A DNA stretch of 64,000 nt, from the NCBI GenBank assembly GCA_965153355.1, contig OZ231126.1, positions 16,492,001 to 16,556,000 on the forward strand. The letters are read 5' to 3'. Position numbers and translations under genes: made by a program. The notes beneath the pieces were generated by a model. It ran no database searches. It was not told the DNA's origin and worked only from the letters and a program-made list of their open reading frames with translations. Of this stretch, positions 1 to 13,092 are shown piece after piece (the first letter of the stretch is position 1; each line of letters begins with the position of its first letter). This DNA is from Flaccisagitta enflata (Eukaryota).

Positions 1-1150
1 CTTCAAAATCTGTTTGTCTAATAAATATTTGTGGAGCTTATTGAACCGGTTTAATTGACAAATACAAAGGAGCGTCTTTTTTTTCCAATTCGCGTAGTAA
101 ATGAAAAACGCAGTTGTCTCTACTGTTAAGTTGGCTCTTACTTCTTTTTTCATTAATGAATGACTACAACGTGGATTACTTATCTTGTGATATTGAGTAG
201 CTTCTAAAACATGTTGCTGTGACTACAAATAATATCTTTACTTGGTAAAAGGGCTAACTGGCAAAACAATCGACCCAGGGTCGATTCTTGGTCGATTTTT
301 TGGGGGGGTTCGACCATGATTCGTTCGACCTGGTCAATTTTTAAAATCAATAGTTCGTGACAACTATGATGACAGGTATATTGATAAATGCACATTCCAA
401 AACAGATTCATCTCTGATTTCTCTGCATTTTCAAAAAAGACTAGTGATCTTCAAATTACTCTCATTTCTGCTTTGCTTTGAGCCATAAGAATGCGATTGG
501 TGCCAAATGGTAGAACTTTTGAAGCAGTTACTGAATCCCACCGATTTTCCCTACTTATCATTACTAGAAATGTATTTCTTTCTACCTATAGGTGAACAAA
601 GGCTTATTTCCTTGGTAGTATACACCCTGGCTCAAAGATTATGATGCATTATTCTTAAACCCAACAGATAAAAGGGGAAGCGAATCTACATCAGTCCATA
701 ATGATGGGTAGCCAAGGAGGATAATGGGCGCCATCTTTTGTTTCGGTACTTTATAGGCGGCGCGATTCCTGGAGAACCTTCAACAACCGAGAATAAAAGA
801 TTGGACTCAAAGTGCAACTGCCAATTGGGTTTACGAAAAAACAGCCCGAGGGTCTTTTTAAACCTTTACTTTAAACTTCCTATCATTTAGCAACTTATTG
901 AAGCATGAAGAGTTTGTTTTCAACATTAGTTTGTATTTTGTAGCTGCAATGATTTTCGATGAAGAGTCACTAGATCGACGCTTCCAATGGCAGATGAGGG
1001 AAACACGGAAATAATGAAAAATAGTCATAAAAAAAAAAATTGTTTATTGAAATTGCAAGGCATGCTAACATTTTTAACAAGTTGTGAAAAAATCACTTCA
1101 GATCATTCAGTCCAACGGTCATTCGGATTCTATGTCACAAGTTAACAGCA

Positions 1151-2454
1151 GAGTCGGATGTGTCAAAATGCATAAGGTTTTTTGACCAGAACATCATCAA
1201 GGAGTATAAAAACATTGATTTTAATTTATCATTTTATTTAAATTGCTTATTTATTCTAATAATAGCAAATATATTTAAAAATTTTTTTTTAATTTAGTTA
1301 AATGACGATCTCTTTGTTTTACTTCATAGAGGTGAAATTGAAATGCGTTTTGAAAAAAGCTTGCCCCCTAAAATGTCTACAGTGCTTGTGGGTTCAAATC
1401 GTAACTAATTTTGACGTTCTTGGTCTTGGTCAAAAGAGTTTTGTTTTCTGACGCCACTCTTGCTCATTAAAATTGTTGTTTGTTTGTTTATAATAGATAA
1501 GAATTATAAATAAAAAACAATTGATGACTGAAAAACACAACTTTATGTTCAGCTGATCAGAGTTAGAGTCCAGGGACTAAAAGGTCAACTTCAGAGCATT
1601 CAATCAAAATTGTTTTTAAGCATAAGCATTTCGTCCATGTTATGGTTAAAACAAGTTTTGTTCTCGACAACCTTAAGCTTTACAGGTTATTTCATTTTTT
1701 TACGCGATCTACTTCACAGCTAGTGTGAACACTCTTTGTAACGCATCTTTTAAAGAGGCTTTTTTTGTGTCACTCTGCGTGTCTCGCTCTGCTAAGGTAA
1801 GTTGCACAGGTGTATTATAAAAAACTGAGGACGTTTTTTTTTCATAACTAAATTGCATTTCCTCTGCGGGTACATGCAGTCAGACTTGAATTACAAAGCG
1901 CTCTACTGCTGGACTATCCCCAAAAATTGTTTTATCTGTGATTTTCTTCATTTTCTCAAAGAAAAATGATGCGAAATGATACATATCAAGTGGAACTTTG
2001 ACTTAGAGAAAAACGAGAGAGGGTGAGTTCTAGAAAATAAGCGTAGAATTCTCTGACCACTTTTTAAAAAAAATTTTAATGAAATTGAACATTATTCCTC
2101 AGCGATAAATGTCAATGAATTAAAGTTTTTTTCGCGACTTCCTCTTGCATAGGCGGGGAAAAAAATCAAGCATTATAGGCGACAGGAAGATACTCTCACC
2201 TTATTGCCTAATTTATTTCAAAATAACTGATTTTCCCATTTGCAAATAAAACAATCATCATAATGTTTAAGTATCTAAACTTAGTTTTTTTCAAAAAACA
2301 TCTTTTATGCAAATTGAATGGGGAAATAATGTTTGTCTTTGATAAAGGATAGTTGTGAGCAATCCGGAGTAAACACCATTGAAAGCTTGCAAGGCTTTCA
2401 TCCTTTGTAAATGCGAGAATTCTGGCCTCCTTTTGTAAGGCAATGTTGTTTCAA

Positions 2455-2534
<80 letters not shown>

Positions 2535-2630
2535 TGAAAGATTTATTTAGGATTTTAAAAAAATATATAAAATATCAACCAACTTGATTGTCTGGTCAAA
2601 AGACCTTTTGCAAATGGACACGCCCAAACA
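1151..2630. mobile_element. Degenerate non-autonomous TIR element (approximate bounds)
   Basis: Diverged inverted ends (ggatgtgtcaaaatgcataaggttttttgaccaga ... tctggtcaaaagaccttttgcaaatggacacgccc), related to the TIRs at 12400/13092. Confidence 0.45.
2458..2531. repeat. (TA)n microsatellite
   Basis: Direct observation. Confidence 0.95.
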
Positions 2631-2717
2631 ACATAGTAAAGTAATAACTGAATATGGGATGGCATGTTTTTTTTTCAATCGCGGACTTCTTTGGTTGAAG
2701 AGTCAGTAGTCGCCGCG

Positions 2718-2851
2718 TCAACTTTCAATCACGGGTTCGGGGTCGATGTTTTGATAAGGGCCTCTGCTTCTGCCTACGCCAGAAAGGCCTGAGGTGGCGT
2801 GAGCCAGACCTGCCGACATGCCCTCAGGAATAGGTAAGCCGTACTCTCCTC
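2718..2851 (-). CDS. AGTRAP: Type-1 angiotensin II receptor-associated protein, last coding exon
   Basis: Acceptor cttcag, reads GGEYGLPIPEGMSAGLAHATSGLSGVGRSRGPYQNIDPEPVIES* (TGA 2718-2720). In phase with the previous exon; the ERGG...YQxID pattern matches AGTRAP. Confidence 0.85.
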
Positions 2852-2961
2852 CTGAAGAGTTTAAGCCCATGAATTTCGATTGAGCAGTGACATAATCAAC
2901 AAGGGATATTTATCCATTACTACGCTGTCGTTGGGCACTTAATGCATGAACATATGTTTAC

Positions 2962-3063
2962 CTCTTTCTTGCAAGATTCGGTAAATAAGAAAGGCACTGA
3001 ATGGTTTGACGAGCAAGTTCAAAATACACATTCCACCGGCGAACTGATGAGTAGCACTCCCAT
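2962..3063 (-). CDS. AGTRAP: AGTRAP internal exon (third hydrophobic segment)
   Basis: ag/gt bounded; NGSATHQFAGGMCILNLLVKPFSAFLIYRILQER resembles the recalled AGTRAP segment RFGVGMAILSLLLKPLSCCFVYHMYRER. Confidence 0.9.
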
Positions 3064-3195
3064 CTTGATAAATATAATTGGAGAAAGAAAGAAAGATTAG
3101 AGTAATATCTAAAATTGATCGGTATCCTAGCCATACTTGGGAATAATGGATATCCCATTCGAGAAGCAAGAAATGTATGTGGGTTGATCACTTAC

Positions 3196-3328
3196 TTGTC
3201 GGGAATGACACGGAAAGGACAATGATGTCCAGGATGAGGCTTAATATATTGGTCGTCAACATCATTTCGATGGGAAGTGGATTTTCACTCTGGAGCAATC
3301 CCCAAAGGCCAAGCGCGAGATAGAAAAT
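3196..3328 (-). CDS. AGTRAP: AGTRAP internal exon; upstream exon(s) not located
   Basis: tttccag acceptor and gtaagt donor; IFYLALGLWGLLQSENPLPIEMMLTTNILSLILDIIVLSVSFPT resembles LALGVWAV...FLDIVHISIFYP. Confidence 0.9.
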
Positions 3329-3603
3329 CTGGAAACGAAATAAAAACACTCCTTGAAAGATAGCCATGTAAAAAATGCGGGCTTATGAGACAATGTTCAG
3401 GCAATTAAAACAAAACAGTAGATGGTTGATTACAAAGGCAGCTATTGCCGACTGGTCCACTGGAAAAAGCCGTAAACCTGGGATTTTGTTTATTTATTCA
3501 TTGTTAAGTTATTATTGTTTTAAACATGTTTGTCTATCCGTTGGTCCATCAGTTAATCACATGCAAATGTGCATTTTAGGCCCTGCAGCTTTATTTGTCT
3601 GTG

Positions 3604-3665
<62 letters not shown>

Positions 3666-3807
3666 CGCGCGCTTGGAGCCCAAGGCGCCATACACCCTCT
3701 CTTACCTATAAATAATAATAGTATAACCTCATATTAATTTATTCTTTTTTTTACTTCGGGCAATAAAACAAGCAAAAACCCTCTTAAATACAAGCTGCTT
3801 CACTGCA

Positions 3808-3966
3808 TTTTTAGTTGCAGACACTCAACTCTATAAGAGGCTTTGTCCGTCCGTCCCTCGATCCGTCCGTCGATCCGTCCGTCAGCATGAGTCGAAAAAT
3901 GGGAAAACGCGCATTTCCGCCCCTGCCCACCAGTCCGCAACTGGTGGCCGTGTATCCGGCCTTGTT
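3808..3966 (+). mobile_element. DINE-1/HINE-like (Helentron-associated) non-autonomous element; example of a family with roughly 20 copies in the window (e.g. 4894, 12010, 12520, 18885, 21052, 30133, 30635, 31047, 33955, 35798, 47871, 52078, 52316, 57438, 57813, 59556, 60700, 62274)
   Basis: T-run, subterminal IR agttgc(g/a)gac partly folded with caact, (GTCC)n microsatellite, 3' subTIR gtccgcaact, terminal hairpin ggccgtgtatccggcc, ends in TT. This is the canonical HINE layout. Confidence 0.8.
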
Positions 3967-5283
3967 AAATAGCAAACTCGATGATTAACATCTGGTTGGT
4001 GCCATTTGAAAAAAAAGTTAGCTCTTCCTTAGCTGTGAATATACTTACTAAAATTGCTCCAAATCAAAAAATTAAAAATTTTATTTTTCCCCGATATTCC
4101 AAAAAGTCGAATTACCACCCAGCCTTCTTATCGCTTGTCGACGCGATACTGTCGATAAATGCTGCAATCATCAAAGTACGAATAGGACGATACCTGGACA
4201 AAAACGAAACAGTTGGGCGCCCAAGTTCCAAGCGTGGCCAAAGCCGTCAAGGTAAAATGGACGAAGATGACGCATTTTAATGTTGTCAATGGCGCCTGCA
4301 TCTTGATTCTTGGGCTTTAATACACGAAAGGATTGCTTGTTGTTTGCCAATTGATGATTCTTAACTCCTAAGTTCAAACATGTGTTTGCTTTAGCCCGAA
4401 ATTGTTCGATTGAGGCCAACGGAACCAGCAGACTTCTTAGGAGCTGAGTCAAGTCATTTTCTCTCCCCAATCATGAAAGACAGCAAAAAGCTCGGTAAGA
4501 GTCGCTAAATAAGCTTTCTCGAGCAAGAGCAAGAGGAAAACGGTTACTCCAGTATCAGTATCGGAGTTGAGGGCTGCGATTTGCAGTATTTACAAGTGTT
4601 CTCTTTAAATGTCCTTGGAAGAGAGGAACAGTGGAGAATGGTTAAACAGAAAGCTGAATAAATGTAGATATCAACTTAGCTCCCTGTGAGGATGGACAGA
4701 TGAAAAAAAACTATGTTTCACCCTGGTTAATTCAGAAGGAAAATTTACAATCATTGCATCTGCGTGACACTGTTACTTCTGAAAATTCTGCACCATAGAA
4801 AAACATGTACGAAACTGTCTCTAACAACATGGACTGAAACATTTACCAAAATAAGTATCTACGTTTATGACTATCAATTAATAAATCAAAATATTTTTAG
4901 TTGCGGACACGCAACTCTATACGAGGCTTTGTCCGTCCGTCGGTCCGATGGTCCGTTGGTCCGTCCGTGAGCACAAGTTAAAAATTGGGAAAACGCGTTT
5001 TCGATGCTTCTTGTGTACGTGGGTGAGTTGAGGGCGTTGTAGGTATGGATTGGGGTTGGATGCCCCTGCCCACCCGTCCGCAACGATATTGTGGCCCCGC
5101 GTTACTTGTTTCTGTAAATACTAATCGTCCTCAACAACTGAACAAACTGAGGCAGTGTTTCATTATCTGAAGGAGTTTGTATGAAAGTCACTTGGCTCTC
5201 GACCAATTCTCAACTTAAGCATTACAAAGAGATGGACGGACAGTGTCCTTACAGAGATACGTGAGCGTATATGGAAATAGCTA

Positions 5284-7375
5284 CAGTACCGGAATCAAAG
5301 AACTGGTGATAAGGAGGGAAGCCATATCTCTCCAATTACCAGGATATGAGATCTGAAATTTTTCTGTGGTGTGCACCTATAGTACCCCCACCCCCCATAA
5401 GGGTTTGGAGCTGTTCCAGGCAATTTTTGTTTTTGGTTGTCAAAAAAAATTTTTTTCTAAAAATTGCTATTGTAGGCTAAAATTTTTTTTTTAAAAATTG
5501 TCTTTTATGTTAGATACAGGTAATGCCAAGAGCTACAAATTTCATTTTTTGAAAAATATTTTCTGCCAATTTTTAAGGGAACAACACTAAAAAACAAAAA
5601 TTTCAAAAAAATGAAAAATAGCTATAATTTCCTTAATAATTGGCTTAACATGATAATTTTTGGCATGAAAGTAGTCCTGAAAACCTTCAATGTGTATGCA
5701 AAATTTTAAGTCATAGTTGAATTTTAAAGGAGTTATAGCATTTTGAAATTTTAATGATTTTTTGTAAAAACCATATTTTCCTATAAATTTTTTTTTGTCA
5801 ACCATTTTTCTTAAAATTTCATATACAAACAAAGTAACTGATGAATTTTTGCTTCAAAAAAAAATTTGGCCACTGTGACCCCTTAAAAAAATTTTTTTTC
5901 TAAAAAATTGCAAAAATGACCCATTTTTCAAAGTTGAATAAAAACTGTTCCTGTCATCCGATCATCTTCATTTTTGGTGGAGTTGTTACCTATTATCTAC
6001 CCTAACTTCACCTAAAATTTGAGCTCACTGCGCCAAACGGTTGCGGAGATATTGACGTTCAAAGTTACTTTGTCAGAGCAAAATCAGCAAAATTGGCATT
6101 TTGGCCATTTTTGAGCTTGCATAAAATTTCATTTTTTCTTCTAGAGACCTCCATTTTAGCTGAAGTTACTAAGGTTTAAGCATATATTCATATTCCAAAA
6201 TTTCACACTTGTCAGCCAAGCCATTTTAGGGATATGATGGTCCAAAGTTTTAAAAAACACCAATTTTTCAACAAAAATTACAATGAAAATTTTTCAAAAA
6301 AATTTTTAAAAAAAGGTTGTCCTCCGGGTTTTGGATCTGGGTGAATTAGATAATTCCCAATTGTGTTGAACCCCCCTTTGAAAACCATTTTGAGAAAAAT
6401 TTTTGCTTATTTTTTTCCTGAAGATTTGGTTGAAAAATTGGCATTTTTAAAAACTTTGGACCATCATATCCCTAAAACGGCTTGGCTGACAAGTGTGAAA
6501 TTTTGGAATATGAATATATGCTTAAACCTGAGTAACTTCAGCTAAAATGGAGGTCTCTGGAAGAAAAAATGAAATTTTATGCAAGCTCAAAAATGGCCAA
6601 AATGCCATTTTGCTGATTTTGCTGACAAAACTTTGAAAGTCAATATCTCAAACCGTTTGCAGTGAGCTCAAATTTTAGGTGAAGTTAGGGTAGATAATAG
6701 GTAACAACTCCACCAAAAATGAAGATGATCGGATGACAGGAACAGTTTTTATTCAACTTTGAAAAATGGGTCATTTTGCAATTTTGAGAAAAAATTTTTT
6801 AAGGGGTCAAGTGGCCAAATTTTTTTGGCAAAAATTCATCAGTTACTTTTTGTATATGAAATTTTAAGAAAAATGGTTGACAAAAAATTTTATAGGAAAA
6901 AATGGTTTTTACAAAAATCATTAAAATTTCAAAATGCTATAACTCCTTTAAAATTCAACTATGACTGTTGAAATTTTGCATACACATTGAAGGTTTCAGG
7001 ACTACTTTCATGCCAAAAATTATCATGTTAAGCCAATTATTTTATTTTTTTTTTCATTTTTTGTTTTTTTAGTGTCGTTCCCTTAAAAATTGGCGGAAAA
7101 TATTTTTTAAAAAATGAAATTTGTAGCTCTTGGCATTACCTATATCTAACATAAAAGACAATTTTTGAAATAAATTTTTTAGCCTACAATAGCAATTTTT
7201 AGAAAAAAAAAATTTTTGACAACCAAAAACAAAAATTGCCCGGAACAGCTCCAAACCCTTATGGGGGGTCGGGGTACTATAGATGCACACCACAGAAAAA
7301 TTTCAGATCTCATATCCTTGTAATTGGAGAGATATGGCTTCCCTCCTTATCACCAGTTCTTTGATTCCGGTACTG
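5284..7375. mobile_element. Tc1/mariner-type non-autonomous foldback element with ~1 kb TIRs
   Basis: TA|cagtaccggaatcaaagaactggtgataagg ... ccttatcaccagttctttgattccggtactg|TA; the arms are inverted copies up to a ~130 bp spacer near 6290-6420; no transposase. Confidence 0.9.
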
Positions 7376-7635
7376 TATGCTTGGACTTTTGTTTTTCAAA
7401 AGTTTCCATTAAAAGATTGAAGCGAACTCTCAAGGGAAGCTGAGACATTTTGAACAGAAGAACATCGTTCGAAGATGGTTGCGCCCAAGGATTTTCAAGC
7501 CGGGACGCCGCTCTCAACTCAAGACCAAAAAAAAAACTGGTAATGTTGATTGGCTTTTGCAATTTCAACTGTTACTGATTTTGTTTGCCATGCTCTTCTC
7601 TCTTTTTACAGAAAAAAAAACTCAAGACCCAGCAT

Positions 7636-9653
7636 TAGGGCCAACGGTTTTTGCATCAAATCAATTGAACACCCCAGCCTGCATTTTTTTAAAACAGACT
7701 ATGTCTATACTGTTGAAAACTACTCGCTATATGACTTTTCTCCGTGATTTAGAGGTGCCAGATTTGAGATTTTGATCATATCTTGATGGTGGTTTTGGTA
7801 AAAATGTCAAATTTAGGTCATTTTGGCCGCCAAATTGGGCCACTTAGCCTTAGAAATCAAACCTAAAATCCATGAGATTATAAAACTAGAGCTCAAGATC
7901 TCACTAGTGGTGCAATTCGCATGTTTCTATCATTTTTCGTTTAGATTTGAGAGCATTTCAAAGACGAAAGGGTTTGAAGGGAAAATGGCAGCTTCAATTT
8001 CAGTGGCAATTTTGACATTTTTCACAAATTTCAATATTTTGCGGCTTTGGATGGACCAATCTGCATAAAATTGGTGATCAAATTGAAGAGTTTTTCCTGT
8101 TCTAGCTGATGGTAAAAAATTTTTTGATCGATATTCCCCCCAAAAAATTTTAGAGACTGTAGAAGCAGGTGCAAAAAAATCGATTTTTTTGCAAATTGGT
8201 CAATTTTGGATGAAAAATTAGGCCACTTCCAATTCATAAAAAGACTTAAAATCCATGAGCAAAATGAAGTACTGCTCAGGAGCTAACCAGTGGTGCAATC
8301 GGCGTGTCAGTATGTTTTTGCATTTATATTTTAAAGAACTACAAAGATAAAAAAATACCCAAAAATTGTTATTTTGACATACCCTTAGATCTTTGAAGTT
8401 CTATAAAACCTAAATGAAAAAACATACTGACACGTCGATTGTATAGAAACCTGACAAACAGACAAACAAACCCAAAACAGGGCAAGGCAACGGTGAAAAT
8501 GTCCAGGGCAGTAATGCTGTCTTCGTCTCTGAGGATACGGGTATCTCCAAGGTCTGCCAGTGGGCAGGGACGTCCTCTGCAACCCAAATGGCGAAGAGGT
8601 GGGAAGGTCACCCACAAACAACAACCTCCCAAGCAAAAGCTGTATAATATTTGTAGTCTGAATCTCTTGAGGCAGTTTTGTATCTTTCTCTTTGGGCCTC
8701 TTTTAGGCAAAATATCTCCACTGATCTGGGCAGGAAAAATGGCATAAAAATCATGATGAAAACTTGAGGTGTTTATTGTAGCAGGGCAGCAACAAGACTG
8801 AATAAGAATTGACAATGCTCAAAAGTAAGGGATTGTAGGGGGCAAATGTTGGGGAAGAGGAAGAGGATCAGTAGCGCCACCTGTCGGGATAAAAAGGTAA
8901 TCAAATAGAGGGCGCAATCGTAGGTTGGGTAAAAGAGCAAAAAAACAAGATGGAGGATACGGGCATTTAGTCTGTCGGGTTCAACAATTGCACCACTGGT
9001 TAGTTCCTGAGCAGTACTTTATTTTGCTCATGGATTTTAAGTCTTTTTATAAATTGGAAGTGGCCTAATTTTTCATCCAAAATTGACCAATTTGCAAAAA
9101 AAAAATCGACTTTTTTGCACCTGCTTCTACAGTCTCTAAACATTTTCGAGGGGAATATCGATCAAAATTTTTTTTACCATCAGCTAGATCAGGAAAAACT
9201 CTTCGATTTGATCACCAATTTTATGCAGATTGGTCCATCCAAAGCCGCGAAATATTGAAATTTGTTAAAAATGTCAAAATTGCCACTGAAATTGAAGCTG
9301 CAATTTTCCCTTCAAACCCTTTCATCTTTGAAATGCTCTCAAATCTAAACGAAAAATGATAGAAACATGCGGATTGCACCACTAGTGAGATCTTGAGCTC
9401 TAGTTTTATAATCTCATGGATTTTAGGTTTGATTTCTAAGGCTAAGTGGCCGAATTAGGCAGCCAAAATGACCTAAATTTGACATTTTTACCACAACCAC
9501 CATCAAGTTATTAGCAAAATATCAAATCTGGCACCTCTAAATCACGGAGAAAAGTCATATGGCAAGTAGTTTTCAACAGTATAGACATAGTCTGTTTAAA
9601 AAAGCTGCAGGCTGGGGTGTTCAATTGATTTGATGCAAAAAACGTTGGCCCTA
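7636..9653. mobile_element. hAT-type non-autonomous element with ~665 bp TIRs
   Basis: Termini tagggccaacg...cgttggcccta; perfect 8-bp TSD cccagcat (7628-7635, 9654-9661); unique centre about 8300-8985. Confidence 0.9.
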
Positions 9654-10815
9654 CCCAGCATGGATCTTGGCGTCTCTCCCTGTGTCTCTTGGGGGCCTTG
9701 GCCTGAGAAGTGCCGCCATTCAAAGTCCAGCTGCCTTCGTCGCATCCAACCTGCAAACGTCCCACCTGGTGGAGAAGATAATTGCACCACACAAAACCCT
9801 CCGTGACATCACTGCTGCAACTTCCTTGCTCACCAACAACTCAGCCAATGCCACAACTCCTTTGCCCGAGGAAGGTCTAACAGCAAAGACTCCACAAAAG
9901 CTTCTCTGGCGTCGCATTGACGAATCCCGCCTCCATCATCTCGAAAACATGGACACTGGGGATCGCTTTCCGATTGTCCTTCAATCAGTGCGTCAGCAGG
10001 GGACTGGGGCCTTTCTAAACGTCGTTCCATCACCAACTCTAGGCCTCTACATCCCTCCGCGCGAATTCACTCTGGCCACAAAATACCGTCTTGGACTCCC
10101 GGTCTACCCAAGTCCTGGGCCCTGCCCACTCTGCCAGAAGGACTCTGATATCTATGGAGATCACGCCATCTCAGCGTGCATTGTCAGTGGTGATCGAACT
10201 CGCCGCCATGACACCCTAGTCAATGTCATCTACGAACGTTCTCAATCAGCGCTCCTGCGCCCTACGAAGGAAGAGCGGAATCTTCTCGACGACCGTTCTA
10301 GGCCCGGCGACATCACGTTCGAGCAGTCATGGCCGCTCTGCCCGGGGAAGATGAAAATCGCTTTAGACGTCACGGTTGCGTCTCCATTTCGTCAAGACTC
10401 CCGCTCTCATTCCGCTGCAGATGCCACCTTTGTCTTGAAAAAGGCGCGCGAACACAAATTTTCAAAAGTACGAAAACAAACTTCCTCTCGGCGTCGGCTT
10501 AGTCCCCCTCCCGGTCACCACTTTCGGTCTATGGGAAGAAAACGCGGCGGCCAACCTCGTCGAAATCGTCAACGTTCAGTCCAACAACTTGCGTGGCAAC
10601 AAAAAGAATAACAAGAGACATTTCTTCGAGCGCCTGTCTGTAACACTACAACGTGAGAACGGCTCCATGTTACTTGAACGCAGTCCGCTCCCTGCAGCAA
10701 GCGTAGATGGTGAACTCTAAATCGTTACCTCGCCTTCCGTCCTTTGTGATTCGTCAAATGTGATTTCCATTTTTGCCTTCTATACATTCATATGTTATCT
10801 TCTGTTATAAAAAAA
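9654..10815 (+). mobile_element. 5'-truncated CRE-clade non-LTR retrotransposon (RLE endonuclease end), frameshifted
   Basis: AWILASLPVSLGGLGLRSA, CPLC...DHA..C zinc knuckle, RHD, RPGDI...ALDVTV. A single frameshift near 10466 restores KYENK...TTFGLW...RLSVTLQRENGSMLLER, stop at 10718-10720, then a short 3' UTR and A-tail. Confidence 0.85.
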
Positions 10816-11142
10816 TCTGTTAATTTTTCATGCCTTCGCAATCTCATTACTACTGATTTTGTTTGCCATGCTCTCCCATTTATTTTCGGAAAAAAATTCG
10901 TCGCCGTTGCCGGTCGCCGTTAAAAAGAAGTCGCCGTGGTCGATCGCCTTCATCTCTTCGTCGCGCCGCGCTGTTCTAAGGTATCTTACCCTTACGAGGA
11001 TGCATTGATTTGGAGAATAACGGCGAAAGCAGTTTTTTCTCATTAGAAGATATCTTTTAATAACGTTTTTGTCTGTGATATGCATTCATCTCTTTGTCGC
11101 TGAAGAAAAATATTGATATACTACCTAGGAACTAAGTATTGC

Positions 11143-11643
11143 GGTCTACGTGTAGGAGACGGCCGCACTTGTTTATACCATTCCAACCTTTGTTTTATCA
11201 CCAGATTCAACAGGGTTGAACATTTGGATAGGTTGGAATTTGGGTTATAGGGGTAGGGTTGGGTTTTGGGGTAAGGGAAGGGTTGGGTTTAGGGGTAGGG
11301 TTGGGTTTAGGGGTAGGGTTGGGTTTAGGGGTAGGGTTGGGTTTAGGGGTAGGGTTGGGTTTAGGGGTAGGGTTGGGTTTAGGGGTAGGGTTGGGTTTAG
11401 GGGTAGGGTTGGGTTTAGGGGTAGGGTTGGGTTTAGGGGTAGGGTTGGGTTTTAGGGTAGGGTTGGGTTTTAGGGTAGGGTGGGGTTCTAGGGTAGGGTT
11501 GGGTTTTGGGGTAGGGCTGGGTTTAGGGGTGGGGTTGAGTTAGAGGGTAGGGATGTCACCCAAAGTTCATTGTCCGTAGCATTGCATTAAAAAATGCCAA
11601 AACATACGTTTACATAAGTGCGGCCGTCTCCTACACCTTTGCC
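11143..11643. mobile_element. Merlin-like non-autonomous element carrying an 18-bp G-rich minisatellite
   Basis: GG...CC termini, TIR core gtgtaggagacggccgcactt, 8-bp TSD agtattgc (11135-11142, 11644-11651), internal (GGTTGGGTTTAGGGGTAG)n. Confidence 0.75.
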
Positions 11644-12399
11644 AGTATTGCAACAGCTTTAGACTAAGATAAGTTGGCTTTGAGACATAACTTTTAAGCT
11701 ACATCGAATTTTCTTCAAATCTAGCGCCATGCTAGAATTCTTGGTCAGTTTTTTTAGAAATGACACCAGAAAAAGTAAAAACGTCGTTTTTGAATATCAT
11801 GATAAAGTAACATTATCTTTGCTACCAATTTTTGATATCTTGTGGGTAGTAAAGACTACACAAAGATGGTATGTAGATCAGACGTCACAAGAGGTTGAGG
11901 GGTAGCCTTGCAACTTGCTTGATCTTAATCCAATTGAAAATTTTAGGAATCTGATGATGAACCTACAGAAAACAAGACGGCGCAACATCAATCGCAGAGT
12001 TGAAAAAAAAACAAGGTCAACACCTATAAGTCGCGTGCGAGACTTACAGATTGACTAAGAATGACTTAGAATGGCTTAAAATGACTTAGTATAATCTAAA
12101 ATGACTTAAAATGTCTTATAAAAATAAAATTGATAAAAAAAAGTAAAATGTGACCAACCGACCGACCAACCGACCGACCGACCGACCGACAAAGCGGGGT
12201 GTAGAGTCGCATGCACGCGACTAAAAAATTGCATGGGAGGTCTAGAGACAAGTCACACTAGATTACCTAATAAAGCTCTACAAATCAATGCCGAAAAGAA
12301 TGGAAGCTGTCATTCAAGCCCAGGGAGGACACACAAAATGAAAACTTACTTGAATTGACTATTTTTTATTGTATTGACAAATAAATGACTTATACCCTA

Positions 12400-13092
12400 G
12401 GTTCGGGTGTGTCAATATGCAAAAGTATGTTTGATTAGATCATAGACATCAGGGAGTTTAAACAAAACAATTCTAAGACTTTTAGCGTTTTTATTTTTTC
12501 AAATATTCTTCATCTTCCGTTTTTTAGTTGCGTGCTACGCGACTCTACACCCCGCTTTATCGGTCCATCCATCCGTCTGTCACACTTTACTTTTCTTGTT
12601 ATTTGCGGTCTTTGGTCTCACTGCTCTTGCTCAAATGATCAAGTGACCTCAAATATGGCCCCTGCCCACCCGCACACGACTGGGGTAGCCGTGTATCCAG
12701 CCGTATTTAGCACAAGAAAAGATTGTCAAAAATATATGTATTTCCAGCATCTGTTTTGGTGAAAAAAAGACTCATAACTTTTACAGAAAAGATTAGTTAT
12801 TGTCTTTATAGAACTTTGGTGATGAATAAACAACCATTACTTTATTGCAACCTGAATTGGCACCAAAATATTCCTGTGTTGAATCTGATTAAGTTCAGTA
12901 ACAATGATACTGATAGAAAATCATCAACACAGTAATATACAAATTAGCATGTAAAAAGGGGTTTTGAAAAAAAAAGAAGAGGAATGAAATTTGATAAAAT
13001 AAAAACGCTGAAGGTCTTAGAATTTAATACTTTATGCTGTCTGATGTTGAAGGTTTTATCAAAAAACCTTTTGCATATTGACACACCCGAAC
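12400..13092. mobile_element. MITE nested in the Tc1 remnant
   Basis: TIRs ggttcgggtgtgtcaatatgcaaaag / cttttgcatattgacacacccgaacc; flanking cta (or cctag) duplication. Confidence 0.7.

Noticed and set aside
3390-4830. Candidate upstream AGTRAP exons (~3390-3460, ~4755-4815)
   Set aside because: Weak resemblance only, with no donor or phase that convincingly joins the 3328 acceptor.
11230-11550. True telomere or GRVGFR-repeat protein
   Set aside because: The array is internal, has an 18-bp period and is bounded by TIRs and a TSD.
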